Shown: piece after piece, positions 51,207 to 64,000 of the stretch
How positions within the stretch are numbered: the first letter of the stretch is position 1
How the letters are laid out: the number at the start of each line of letters is the position of its first letter
Source of the DNA: Ginglymostoma cirratum
Taxonomy: Eukaryota
Direction: 5' to 3'
DNA length: 64,000 nt
Assembly (NCBI GenBank): GCA_024137785.1
Contig: JAHRHZ010000092.1
Location: 4,639,200 to 4,703,199, forward strand
The notes under the pieces: generated by a model
What the model saw: only the letters and a program-made list of their open reading frames with translations
The model's database searches: none
Told to the model about the DNA's origin: nothing
Translations under genes and position numbers: made by a program

Positions 51207-53588
51207 TCATTTAAGGAGCAGAAGCAGTTTACACAACTGACCTCCAACAGCTAGCAATTAGTTTCAGTTATCCAAGCTCTGATAATTTATAGGGGTTTCA
51301 TGCAAGGATTCTGCAATTACAACATACCAATAGTAGTACTAATTTGTTAGGAAACATAAATGTTCAGCTATAAAACTGCACTTCCATTTGGCTGATAAAA
51401 CGTATACAAATTCTGTCTAATTATCTGTCTCTGTCTTCCCAGCACACTGTGACTGCTCCAATCTAAAAGCTGCACCCAACCTTGCATACTCAGGAAAAAA
51501 AGAAGTGTTGTGACCATGGCCTCTAATTATCTCATCAGATCAACATGCTGTCTTAGTCTTCTATTTTTCGACCAGAAGTCAATTAAATTTATGTAGCTGA
51601 ATGAGAGTCAGTTTGCTCTTTAAAAAGTGAAAGAATTGTGGATGCTGTAAATCAGAGACAAAAACAGAAATTGCAGGATACTGGATTAAGAGGAAAGGTC
51701 ACAGACCTGAAACATTAACTCTGATTTCTCTTCACAGATGCTGTCAGACCTGCTGAGCTTTTCCAGCAATTTCTGTTTTTGTTTATTGTTTGCACTTTGC
51801 TCTGAAATACAGTAACTACTTTGAAAACCATAAAGAATCCAAATGCGATTGAAAATGAGGATGAACAGAAGATGGTAAATATTACTTTTTCTTGGAGGCT
51901 TTGTAATTCACAACATACTAATTGCAAACACAAATTGGATGCTTCGTGGTCTGGACAAACGAACACTTGGGAAAATCGTCTACTGGGCTATGCATTCAAA
52001 TTATCATACTGAAGTAGTGTGGTAGTAAAGCAGATTTTTTGTGTAGCTGTACAGAGTAACAATCTATAAGTTCTAAGGATAGGTGGATTGCGACCATAGT
52101 GCTGTACTATTTTGAGATAGCAATTTGTATATAGTGTTCACTCAAAGTTTCCATACAGAATAAAGGCAGTGGATGAAGCTGTATGAAGCAACAGCATTGT
52201 TTAATAAATGATCCATATTGTTTGTTTGTGCAGTGTTAAATCCTGGTGTGTCCCTAGTTATTTCTAAGTTCCAAGAATCCCTCAGTCAGTCAAAAATCAC
52301 ACAACAACCTGAAAACTTTGATGGAAAAACATCGATAAAGCATTGGTGGTCATGTCAAAGGCTTAATGAATAGGGATGGTTTCAACATTAAGAAACAGTT
52401 AAATGTGGCTCCCACATTCAAGATGGAAAACATCCAAACTTGTCAATTAGAGACTCATTAACCTGACCACAATAATCAGGAATCTATGACATTAATAATC
52501 TGAAGTCTTGAAAAAGTATTTAAATGGAAATAAACTGTAAAATGGCAGTCAGACAGCTCCAGAAAGGATAGGTTGCTATATCTCCATTCATGCTGCCTGA
52601 CCTGCTGTGATCTCCAGCATGTTTTGTTTTTAGCACAGATTTCAGCAACAATTTGCTCCTACATTGGCCTAACAGATCTATTTTAGAAATGTTACATCTT
52701 GGGACAGGAGCTCTGCACTGTTTATGTTATTGACGTAGGCCTGAATTTGAAGGTGCCCACTCTGTCCAGGAATTGGAAATTATCACTCATTTTGTCCATA
52801 GGTACTCTACTCCTTGAGATGAGAGCGGCAGTCTCAGCAATGCCATGTGGAGTGGGGAGCCAAAAGCACGTGTCTTTTTTAAAAAATCACTAGATGTAAA
52901 TTTTCTTGACAATATCTCTGTGAGGTGTACTGACTCGCTGAACAATCAGGGTGTAGTAGTTTGGGCCATCCCTAGATTACTGAAACAACTGGTAAACTGT
53001 GGCATCACGAGCAGTGACATCACAGGAAAGGCGTCTGTGAACGCGCTCCCTGCAGTAGTGTGTGCAACAAATCCAGCCTAATGGAAAATGCAATTAGTTG
53101 TCTTAGAAACCGCATTATTGGAAAATATAGTACACCAATTTCTATTTGTATTTCTCAACCTAGCTTCAAAATGTTTTCTGCTATTCCTTTTACTTCAGGT
53201 AACACCAGACACTGTTTATTTAAATGGAACTGCCAACAGCGACTCTTTCATGGTCTGCACAAATGAGTACTTGGGAAAACCATGTTCTGGGATATGCATA
53301 GAAATCATCATATTGAAGTACTGTGTTGGAATAACAGTTCGAAGAAGAGAAGCTGAAAATTACAAAAAGAGTTTGACAGTGGGCTTTAAGCACTTCATGC
53401 TGAGGATCTGGGATAATTTTGAAAATATTACTTTCTCAGAGACATTTCTTCACTGTACATGCTAAACACCATTTGTATTCCATAATTAAATTGTAAGTGA
53501 AAAACTGATAAAAGAGATAAGTTAATAAAGAAATCTAGCATTGGGTAGGGTCTCATAATTTTGATTTGATGAATATTACATAACCTAC

Positions 53589-53676
53589 ATGCGACTTTGA
53601 CCACAATATGAAGATGTCTCCCACCATTCTGAAGAGCTCTTCAGCTTCAGAGTTTGGTTCTGTTAACCACTGTGCC
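53589..53676 (-). CDS. RYR1: RYR1 exon (~68), 88 nt
   Basis: ttcacag|GGCACAG...TCGCAT|gtaggt; [29 protein letters not shown]. Confidence 0.96.
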
Positions 53677-55061
53677 CTGTGAATATATACAAAACCAAAA
53701 GTAACAATACAAAGGAGGTCAGATATTTTTCTGAAAAGGAAAAATGTGCTTTGCTAACATGACCCAAAAAATTACAGTAAACTAGATGTAATGAAAGTTC
53801 TTATCAAACTGAGCTGGAAAGCATATTAAATAATATTAACGCACTGTTTCAAAACCAATTAACACAAATGCTCTCTGCAATAACCTGCAAAATGAACTAA
53901 TTTCTAAGTAACGAACTGTAAGTTATGACTAGGTAAATATGAATTAGTTTGAACCTGATGACCAATGATTATCAAGCAACTTCTTTGCAGCCAATTTCAT
54001 TAAAAATACTTTTCTGCTTTAGCTTTGATTTTCAATGCTCTGATATTCAGCGATTTAAACATGCTTAATAAAAATGTGGTTCTTTTTCATACAATAATAT
54101 TGCATCTCTCGATCTGGTCATAGCATTAAGCAGGATTCAGTGTTGTCTCTATAATGCTTGCTAATGCTGCAAACAGATGCACGCCACAGTGGTTTGCCAT
54201 AGGATGGGTGACTGCGGTCATGTTCTTCAAACATAATAGTTTTGAAGAGGTTATAGTGGAGTATAGGTCTTTTAGAGTCCATTATTTATGTATGGTGTGT
54301 GAAGTACAGATTTCCCAAACGGCCCCTCAAATACAAAGGTAGGACCTCTGTTAAGTGTTTTGATGATGTTTTCCAGCTGTCTGTCAGCCAACCAGATCGA
54401 GAGGCTGACTGGCTGTCACATGTGCAGGCTTTCTGCAAGAGGCCATCGGTGGAGACAAAAAAAGGGTGGATCAAGGATGAACTCATACTCAGGGGAAGGG
54501 GGACAGCAGTGAAGATATAAATGGATCAATAGCAGAGAGGTGCTTTAACAAAAATATGGGGCAGCAAAAGACATTGGATAGCTGTGATTACATACCGGTG
54601 ATGTGGTGGGGCAGCTGGGCATTAGCCAAAAAGTGGAAGAGGAAGGACAGGATAAGACCTCGTGGGCAAAAGATTATGAATAATTGGGAGTGCCTGATTG
54701 TTGAAAAAGATGCAGTTAAAGTTGGTGGGCCAGTGAGGAGCAGCAGTGTTCCTGCTAACTTATAAAAGATATTGTCAAGGAAATTCCCTGATGGATCAAA
54801 CTTTCTCGTCTTCCTTCAATTCCTGGGTTTCTTGAAGTCTAGGGAATCCAGCTAACAGATATGAACATTCTAAATAAAATTTAAGGTAAAAGGATACATT
54901 AAAATTGGATTGTTTCAGGGAAGCAAGTTAGTTGCATGAGCAACTCATTTGTTTAAACAGTCACTGAATGGTCTCTGGACTTTACAATCTTTACTCCCTC
55001 CCACCCTTCCTGTGGGGGTTAAATTTAATCCAACATGTTTGAAATGAAACAATAAATTCAC

Positions 55062-55302
55062 CTATTATTGTCCACATAGCGAATCAGCAGAGGATACAAT
55101 GCATATAAATCTCGACAGAGGACAGAAAATTCATCTCGAATTAGTAATTCGCTCTCCACAATGTCACCCTTGCCCTCCATACGCAGTTGATCCTCTTCAG
55201 CTACCACCTTTGATGATCTCTTCTTTAACTTTTCCATCGTTGGGATAAAATGGGATTTCAGCAACTCTGGTTTGGCTTTGCTGATAATTGGTTGTGCAAA
55301 GA
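55062..55302 (-). CDS. RYR1: RYR1 exon (~67), 241 nt
   Basis: catccag|TCTTTGC...AATAG|gtgaat; [22 protein letters not shown]...[26 protein letters not shown]. Confidence 0.97.
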
Positions 55303-55599
55303 CTGGATGGAGTGAAACAAAATATGAAGAAAGGAATCAGTTTATAGTATGTTAAATGGCGTAAACTTTAAAATTTGCTCTTCAGGCTTTTTTCCATACA
55401 AATTCATTTCAAAAATTTAATATACACATACATACGTATAATTGTTGAATAAAGATGCAGCAAAAATCCACATTAATACAGTTTCAGGCTTACTTGACAT
55501 ATTGACCTTGTGGATTTTGAACCATTTAAGTTTGGTGCAAAACAGGGGAAATTATTTAGATAGAAAAATACGAAGTAATGGAATGAACAATTCCTTTTT

Positions 55600-56900
55600 T
55601 TCTTAAAAGAAAGTGGACGTTGGCATCATCAGCAAGACCAGTAATTATTGCCCATCCTTAATTTCCCGTGAGGTGGTGAGGGTGAACTGCTGCAGTCCAT
55701 GTGGTATTGGTACACCCAAAGTGTCAGGAAGTGAGTTCAAAGGTTTTGACCCAGGACAGTGAAGGAACAATGAACTTGGTTCTACGGCAGGATGGTGCGT
55801 ACCTTGGCAGGGACTTGCAGGTGATGACGCTCTCTCACTTCTGCTGCCCCTTAACCTTCCAGCTAATAAAGGTTGCAATTTTAAAACAAAGGAGGCTTGG
55901 CAAGTTGCAGCAATGCATCTTGTAAATGATTACACACTATTGCCACTGTGAATCGGTGGTTGGTGGGGGGGAGCAAATGTTTAAAATGATGTCTGAGTGC
56001 GTTGTCCAGGGTAGTATCAAGCTTTGAGTACTCTCAGGTTGCAGTTATCCAGGTAAGTGGAGTGTTTCCCATCACATTTCCAATTGGCGGATAGGTTTTG
56101 GGAAGCCTGGAAGTGCTCATACAAAATTCTCACTTTCTGACCTGCTTTTACAGCCACAAAATTGATATAGTTGTTCCTGCTATGCTTCTAGACAATAGTA
56201 TCCGTCATGATGTTGATGGATGATTCAAATGTAGTATTGCTATTGACTGTCAAAGGGCAATGGTTAGATTCTCAATTATTAGAGATGGCTTTTGCTTGCC
56301 ATCTGTGTACTTGGTACTGGTCAATCCAACCCGAACCTTGCCTAATTTTGTTGCAGAGGGAGGTCTGAGGATTTGCAAATGGTACTGACAACTGTAAAAT
56401 TAGAGAACTTCCTCACATTTGACCTTTTCATGGAAAATCCATGAAAATCCATGAAAAGGTACTGAAGATCGATGGGAAAATACCCAAAGGAATTCCTACA
56501 GCAATATCCTGGAAATGGGATGGTTGACGTCCAACCACTACAACCTTCTTCCTTTGTGCTAGATATCAGTCTAGCCATAAGGTTTTTCTCATTTCCAGTG
56601 ACTTCAATTTTGTTAAGTCTCCTTGATGCCACACTTAATCAAATGCTGCCTTGACAATAAGGTCACCTCACCTCGAGTCTAGATTTTTGTCCACACTGTA
56701 TCAATTCTTAAATGAAGTCAGGGGCTGAGTGGCTCTGGAGAAACTGAAACTGCGCATCACTGAACCAGTTAATGTAGTGTAAGTTATGTTTGAAAATGCT
56801 ATTGATGACATTTTCGATCACTTTACTGATGATCAAGAGTGAATGGAGTAGTAATTGACCAGACTGAATCTTCTTGACTGTCAGCAGGACATACTCGGGC
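55600..56900 (-). mobile_element. Degraded non-LTR retrotransposon (RT region and 3' tail)
   Basis: LLIISKVIENVINSIFKHNL...SDAQFQFLQSHSAPD resembles the LINE RT motif L..SK..E......QFGFR..HS. Confidence 0.75.
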
Positions 56901-56947
56901 AGTTTTGATTTGAAATTATGGAAAATCATTAGAAATTAACTGAACTA

Positions 56948-57297
56948 TGATGGGCTAGTGGTATCATCACAGAACTGTTAATCTGGAGACCCAAGTAATG
57001 TGCTAGGGATCCAGGTTTGAATCCCATCATGGCGGAATTTGAATCCACTTAAAAAGAAGTCTGGAATTAAAGGTCTAATGATGACCATGAATCCATTGTT
57101 GGTTGTCAGGAAAAGCCCATCTGGTTCACTAATGTCCTTTAGGGAAGGAAGCAGCCATCCTTACCTCGTCTAGCCTTCATGTGACTCCAGACCCACAGCA
57201 ATGTGGTTGACTCCTATCTGCCCTCTAGTCAATTAAGGATGTGTAAAAACATATTGGCCTAGCCAGTGATGCCCAAATCCCATGAATGAATAATAAA
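56948..57297 (+). mobile_element. tRNA-derived SINE, full length
   Basis: Same family as 26330; A/B boxes and catgaatgaataa tail. Confidence 0.85.
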
Positions 57298-57388
57298 TAT
57301 ACACAATTTCTGCAAACTGCAGTAAGTTAAATATATGAATCCTTCTAAATATATAGCATGCTTTCCCAGTTATTGGTTTAACATGTAC

Positions 57389-57709
57389 CTGCAAGTCTTT
57401 TCATCCAGGATGCTTCATCAATGCCCAAGTTGTTAACTATGATTTTCAGAATATTTCCCAGAAGGGCATTAAGGTGCTCAGAGGTCACACTAGTGCAGCA
57501 TACTGTGTCCTCATCGGTAATATTCTCACATCCATGTTCCCACCACCGTGGCAGGTAGTTACACAGCATAGGAAGTGTAATTTCAATAACATGTGGCATC
57601 TCAGTGTAACGAGCACCAGATTCTGCGAGATCATTAATTTCTTTCATGAGATAGTCCAAGTCAGGAATATCGGAACACATTTCATGAACACTGCTTGGCA
57701 AACCCAAAA
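57389..57709 (-). CDS. RYR1: RYR1 exon (~66), 321 nt
   Basis: gcaacag|TTTTGGG...CTTGCAG|gtacat; [16 protein letters not shown]...[29 protein letters not shown]...[15 protein letters not shown]. Confidence 0.97.
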
Positions 57710-58599
57710 CTGTTGCAAGAAAACAAAACCAAATTAAATTATTTCCAACCAGTTCTCTGAACATAACAGTACACATTTGTTCTTTTACAGTGTTTAAATG
57801 CAACAACTGTACAGTAACAAGAGACAAATTATCTCTCTTCCAAATGACTGAATATTTCAAGGATAGCTAGCCAAATAGAAGGGTACAGGTTTATCTGTTC
57901 TGGGTTAACTGATGTCACCAGGTAGTGATCAAGGTGCTAGAATGGACACACTTGAGTTAAAGGAAGGGAAAAATCCAAAGTTTGCACTACAGTTGTTATC
58001 CAGTGATGTTGGTCAAAACTGTAATGTGTAAATGGAGAACCAAGCTTGGTTGCAAATACCCTGTGAAGTCAATTATTTCTGATATTTTCTATCACATTTC
58101 AGCAACAGTCATTTGGGTGAGATAGCGATGGCCACCAAGGAGTCTGTGTCACAGTAATAGTGAAAATTAGGCAAGGGGATAATGAAAGGTATATCACAGT
58201 AAACATCAGAAAGGGAAAGTGATGCATTTTTTCATGAATTCATTAAAATAAGACATTTTTCAAAAGAATTGCGGAAAATGTACTGTAAAGGTTGCATTCT
58301 ACATTCAGAGTTACCTTAGACATTCAGTGAAGTTATGTTTTGTATATTCTGTTGGTTCTAAGCTTTGAAGTTAGATCATCAAATTTTTATCATGGATTGC
58401 AAAAGATAGGTAGTTCAGGATGAGGGGGCATCAAAGAAAAGACAATGCACCAGGGAGTGCATGGAAGCTCCTGCTATATTCCATTCTGAAGTATTAATAT
58501 GGGCAAAAAGCAGTCAAGCTCCCTGATTTACCAGTAGTTCTGAGGTCTCTTTGAACCTATCCACTTAGCAACTTCACAGCATAATATAATATCTTTAAT

Positions 58600-59350
58600 G
58601 GAGAAATAGTCCGTTAAGTTCAAATGATCTGTCAATTTGCTACATCCAAGTATTATCACGTCCTTATATTCCTTTCCCTTTCATGTACTATCTAGCTTCC
58701 CGTTAGATGCACCTATGCCTTTGGTCTCAAATATTCTATGCATAAGTAAGTTCAACATTCTAAGTACATTTTGTATAAAAACAATTCTCATGAATTCCTT
58801 CCTGGGTTTACTGACTATTGGATGTTAACATTTAGATTTAGACTTTCCAACAAGTAGAAACGCTTTCTATATATCTATCTTTTCAAACCCCCTTCCTAAT
58901 TTTGTAGACCTCTATAAGGTCAGCCCTCAGTCTTCTCCTCTTACGGAAAAGTACAGGCAGGCTCAGATTGCTGTGAGAAGTTATACTCTTGTATTTAATT
59001 TTTGCAAGTCTATTTTGCATCTTTTCTGCTCATTGTTCTTGCAATATAGAGATCAAAATCAGGCACGGTATTCTAAATGCAATCTAAACAAGTTTAACAT
59101 TACTGGTCTCCAATTTTCTTCTTCCATGAATAGACTTATGTTTTACTTGCAATTTTATAGCTATATTAACCTGCGTTGTTACTTCTAATGATTTGCAAAT
59201 CAGAATCTTGGGATCACTAGCCTATTTAGACTCCTGTTTTCCAAGGAGCATGTCGCCTCTTCATTTCTTCTTTAAAAATGTACGATTCACACCTATGTTT
59301 GCTGGAATTAATTTGCCACTTACTTGCCCATTCTACTAGTTTATTAATAT
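58600..59350 (-). mobile_element. Highly degraded CR1 fragment
   Basis: INKLVEWASKWQIN..KHRCE matches the CR1 L..WA..WQM.FN..KC motif. Confidence 0.7.
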
Positions 59351-60448
59351 AATTTACTCTGCTGCTTTCTTCCCCAAAAATAATAACCACCTCGAAATTG
59401 TAATTCCCCAATCAGGACCGCTTATTTCTCAATAGAAAATGACTTATACTGTAGGTATTGGTAGCTACTGCAATCATACCTCTTAAGAGACAAGATCCTA
59501 GAATTTAGGGCAATTTAAACAGTTCAGAAGGAGATATCATTTAATAGACAATAACTTTGCTTTGTTGTAAAAAATGAACTTCTGTATCAGCTATGTAGCT
59601 AATGTAATAACATAGTCAATAGTTATAATTATACTTTGGATTATAATAGTCCCTGAAAATTCACAACAAAGTTATAATTATGAAGAAAAACAGTATTTTA
59701 ACTACCTGATCTGATGTTTTGGTTCTGTTTGAACACATCGGTACAAATATATTAAATTTCCAGGAAATTTTATAACAGAGGACATGAATTAATGAAACAC
59801 AATCTATACTAATACTTATTTTGAGAGGTATCTATGCAAATTCACAATTAAAGAAAATATGCAAGGTACTTGATATTTCTGCATGAATCAGTTTTTAGGA
59901 ACCTCGGGTGAATCTGTTAAATGAATGTTTTTGTATATTCAAAATTCAGGTGGATTTTAACGTACATACTGATGTAAAATTTGGAAAAAATTGACTTCTT
60001 TGCAATTCAGGTGCCCAAGTGACAATAATAAACACCAAAAGACCAGCAGTGGCATTGCTAAACGTGAAGTATAATTCCCTCCATTCCAGTTCAAGGATGT
60101 TTTCCTGCCTTAATGTCAGGTGGGCACCCAAGATCACATTATCAACACACCAGTCTTCCAAGGACTCAAGTGAGATTGCTGAACTGTGCAGAATTAGCAA
60201 CAGCTTTATACTGTGAATCCTTGTCCATTGCAAACAATGCTGAGATTGCCTAAATTCTTTCCATGTCGAATGCTTCAAGGCAAAAATATAGGGACATCTA
60301 TTCATCAGTTTGAGTCAAGTTTGGAACAAGATCACAGACACACTTTATTTGTTTATATTTAATCCTCCATTAACAGCTTTCATCAAACAAATCCAATGAG
60401 CTGTATCATTTACTAGGTACAACTCTGCTTAGTTCCTTGTGTACTTAC

Positions 60449-60579
60449 TGGCTCTCTCCCGTGCTGTCTTAGTATTGTAAACTGAGTATACATTATGATC
60501 ATTTAGATGATGCTCAAGGAAGGCCACTGGCATAGCAGCTGCAAGTCGGGCAAGGCATTCGCCCAGGGAGGGACGCTGT
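60449..60579 (-). CDS. RYR1: RYR1 exon (~human exon 65), 131 nt
   Basis: cccacag|ACAGCGT...GAGCCA|gtaagt; [43 protein letters not shown]. Confidence 0.96.
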
Positions 60580-60982
60580 CTGTGGGGGATAAAAAAGAAC
60601 ACAGGACAATTTAAATAAAAGTCAAACAAAAACATCTGAAAGTTTTTACTGAATGCAAAATACAGTTTTAAAGGTTGTCTTTACACTACAGACAAAAATA
60701 ATGAGAGAGAACATCAGACTGCTAAGTAATGTTCTGTTGATAGTGTAACTGCTAGATATGCTGGATACACGATTGCAACGCCTCGCAGATATCAAACATC
60801 TCAATAATTGCAAACCATCATAATTCAGACTAATCAGTGGGAAAATCCACTTGTTTGGTGGCAATGCACAAGAGGTAATGCACCTACAATTTTCTGCTTT
60901 GTGTAGCCAAAAGATAAGGCTCCCCCCCAAAAAAAAAGCATGAATTGTAAAACTGCCCTACATGTATTTGCATCCAAATTAG

Positions 60983-61620
60983 AAACACAGAAACATGAAG
61001 CAGGAGCAGGCCATTCGCACCTTTGAGCCTGGTCTGCCATTCAACATGATTATGGCTGATCCTCTATCTCAATGCCATATTCCTGCTTTCTCGACATACC
61101 TCGTCGTGCCTTAAAATCTGAAAAAACCTATCTCTTCCTTAAACGTTTTCAGTGACTTGGCCTCTACAGCCTTCCATGATAGAGAATTCCATAGGTTCAC
61201 TATCTTTTGAGGAAAGAAATCTTTGGTCAGCTCAGTCCTAAATGGTCTATCCTGTATCCTAAGACTGTAATCCCTGATTCTAGACTCCCCAGCCAGGGAA
61301 ACATCCACCCATCATCTGGTATGTCCAGCCCTATAGGAATTTTACATGTTTCAATCAGATCCCTTCAATTCCTCCTTAACTCATGAATACAGTCAAGTCA
61401 AACCAATTTCTCCTCAAGAACAGTCCTGCCATCCCCGATATTAGCCTAGGGAATCTTCACTATGCTCCCTCTATGGCAAGTAAATCCTTTCTTTATTGCA
61501 GGTATGGTCTCAACAAGGCCCCATAAAACTGAAGTAAGACATTTGATTTCAAATCCCCTTGCAACGAGGGTCATTGAACCATTTGCCTTCCTAAATACTT
61601 GCTACACCTGGCTGCCTACT
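60983..61620 (-). mobile_element. CR1 LINE 3' end
   Basis: GESRIRDYSLRIQDRPFRTELTKDFFPQKIVNLWNSL...AVEAKSLKTFKEEI. Confidence 0.88.
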
Positions 61621-63487
61621 GTCTGAAGTTCCAAGAAGAGATCAAGGAAGTTAGACAACTAAATTCCAAATTTTCAATACTGCTAAGGAAACTGCTAAAC
61701 ATTGTTTGGGGCAAATTATTCCTGATGGAGAAAGGTTAAAAGTTCTTACTGAGGCAAATTAAAATTTAAAAGTCTAAGAATGAGTTAGTGAAACCAAGTT
61801 ATTTTTCATTCACAAGAAAATAACGTTTGTATGTGTAGCCAAAGGAGATTAATAAAGTGGACATCTTACAAATCTACCAGTGTAGTCGGAGGAAAAGGAA
61901 TTGAGAAACTAGAGAAACTAGGCATTGGTTGTTCTCTTAAAAATAGCTAGCTGACTTGACCTAACTGCTCTTCTCTGTTCCTTCCTGATAAAGTAAGTCA
62001 GATTTGATATATCAATTTGAATACCTTTCCACATATGTGTTCTTTGTAGTTCCAAGGGAATAAATACTAGACAAGATTCGGTAGCAAGAGACTTGAACGT
62101 CATCCACTGAAAAATAAGACAGATTATTGGAAAACATTAGGACAAAACTTTTATTGGGGCATAAGCATAAATAGCTCAGATATACAATGAATTCAGTTCA
62201 CTTATTTCTTTAAAACATACCAGTGAGACAACGATTCATACCACTGAGACAATGAAAGTGGCTGCTTTACAGCAAACCATCAGCCTAACTTAAATAACAA
62301 GTGAGAGATTTTCATTTTCATCATCTAGATGGTAAACTGATGGAGCAAAATGAATTCAGTCTTCTGAATTCATTTGAAGAAATAGTGAGCAGGCTGTACA
62401 AAGAACAGGCCATCTGCATTACTGGATCATTACACCTATGGTTAAGTTATATGTAAATCTATCTCTAAATCTCTATAGCACTGGCTGTTGCATTTATTTT
62501 AGCTTCATCATTGTCATACAAACAATATACGTATCAGTGGAAATTTTGAGTTGGGAATATAAAGACAGTGCAACAAACAATTATGATTTGAATTGATGGT
62601 ATTACTGGACAAGTCAGATCCCAGAATGAAATCTGGCCTGACAAATCATGGGCATATATTAAATGTGAATTAGCCAACTGGCTGTTCATTGAAATAGTCA
62701 CACAAGGCTAAATAGTTTCTTTAACAGGAGAACAGAAACTTATACCAACATGAAAATAAAAAAGAAAAACCAAACCAAACCATTTAGATATAAAATGCAG
62801 TTTGAAAACGTTTTAGAACACCCAGATATCCTCCAAATATTTCTAACAACTTTTAATTTCTGGATTTCTCAAATGGAAAGTCAATCCTTGATTATTATAA
62901 ATCGAAAACAAGCTAATTGTCTTCAATACTTATTCCACCTGTTGTAAACCACCCCATTAACACTCTGGAGGTTCTTATTCTCTGACACATACGATTAGGT
63001 CAGGAAGGACAATCTGACTAGCTTTCTTTTTAAAAAAATCTCTTTCAGAAAAGTAAACAACGTTGGTATGCCACAACTTAAAAATCCATACTGGATATTA
63101 ATCCAAAAATGACATTCCTATATATAAATCTCACTCCTCATCACACCATCCTCTAGTAACTTCTCCCTCCCACTGCCCCTCACCGGCACATTCATGTTTC
63201 CATTTTCCCTTTGCTGCCTAGTTCAGCCTATGTACCGTCACTTCAGTTTGTTTAGTTTGTTGATCAGCATTCCAACAAGAATTCAGAAGATGAGCTAGTC
63301 AAGTCTCTGAGGAACAAATGAAAATACTCTTATTAGAGCTTCACTATTGTTAATAATGATAGACAATTAGAGGGCACAGACTGGCAGAATGGGAAAACAC
63401 TTTGCAGATGAAATTTACTGCAAAATTTTGGTGGAAAGAATGAGAGTGAGGAGCGGTGGTATAACATATTGGCTCCAGGAACGGAGA

Positions 63488-63840
63488 AACATAGAAAATA
63501 GAACATAGAATTGTACAGCACAGGAAAAGGCCCTTTGGCCCACAATGTTGTGCTGAACATGACGCCAAATTAAACTAATCCTTTCTGTCTGCCCTTGGTC
63601 CATATCCCTCCATTCCTTGCATATTCGTGCGCTTATCTAAAAGTTATATGACTTTATTGTATCTGCCCCCACCATCACCCCTGGCAGTGTGTTCCAGACT
63701 TCTACCACTCTTAAAAAAAAAACTTGCCCCTCACATCTCCTTTGAATTGTCCCCTTCTAACCTTAAATGCATGCCCCTAGCATTAGTTATTTTAACTCAG
63801 GGTTGACAGCCAGAATTTTATTCCCAATCTATGCACCTCA
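63488..63840 (-). mobile_element. CR1 LINE 3' UTR
   Basis: catagaaaatagaacatagaa microsatellite tail and similarity to 41010-41330. Confidence 0.85.
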
Positions 63841-64000
63841 TAATTGGTTGGTTTCTGAAATTTGCTACTTGATTGGACGGTGAAGAAAATTCAATTTCAA
63901 AGGCTAATAGATAAACGTTTAGAAAAAATATCTGCAGGGTTACGGAGAAAGCAAGTGATTCAGACCAGGTGAGTTGCTGTTTCATGGAGCCATCGTTGAC

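Noticed and set aside
60580-64000. Search for the preceding RYR1 exon (~64)
   Set aside because: No matching coding segment seen; it presumably lies beyond the window.

Overview
This is eukaryotic genomic DNA, almost certainly from a shark or other elasmobranch (HE1/V-SINE, Deu-SINE, CR1 and Penelope repeats). The window lies inside one minus-strand gene, a skeletal-muscle-type ryanodine receptor (RYR1-like). I traced 19 consecutive coding exons (60579 down to 1029; 2045 nt; 681 complete codons). All have GT-AG boundaries and mutually compatible phases, and they correspond to human RYR1 exons ~65-83 (numbering and human lengths are from memory, not looked up). They include the two alternatively spliced microexons ASI (here 18 nt, AGEDGQ) and ASII (18 nt, IIKRES), and the calmodulin-binding exon. 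The introns hold decayed CR1 and other LINEs, tRNA-derived SINEs, Penelope-like elements with hammerhead-ribozyme remnants, probable solo LTRs and a gapped minisatellite. The most unexpected item is a diverged, plus-strand (antisense) copy of a downstream RyR exon (82 nt, exon-88 equivalent, splice sites intact) about 210 bp from the CaM-binding exon. There are also several long intronic fold-backs and candidate stop-containing alternative exons. Most ORFs in the supplied track are spurious or repeat-derived.
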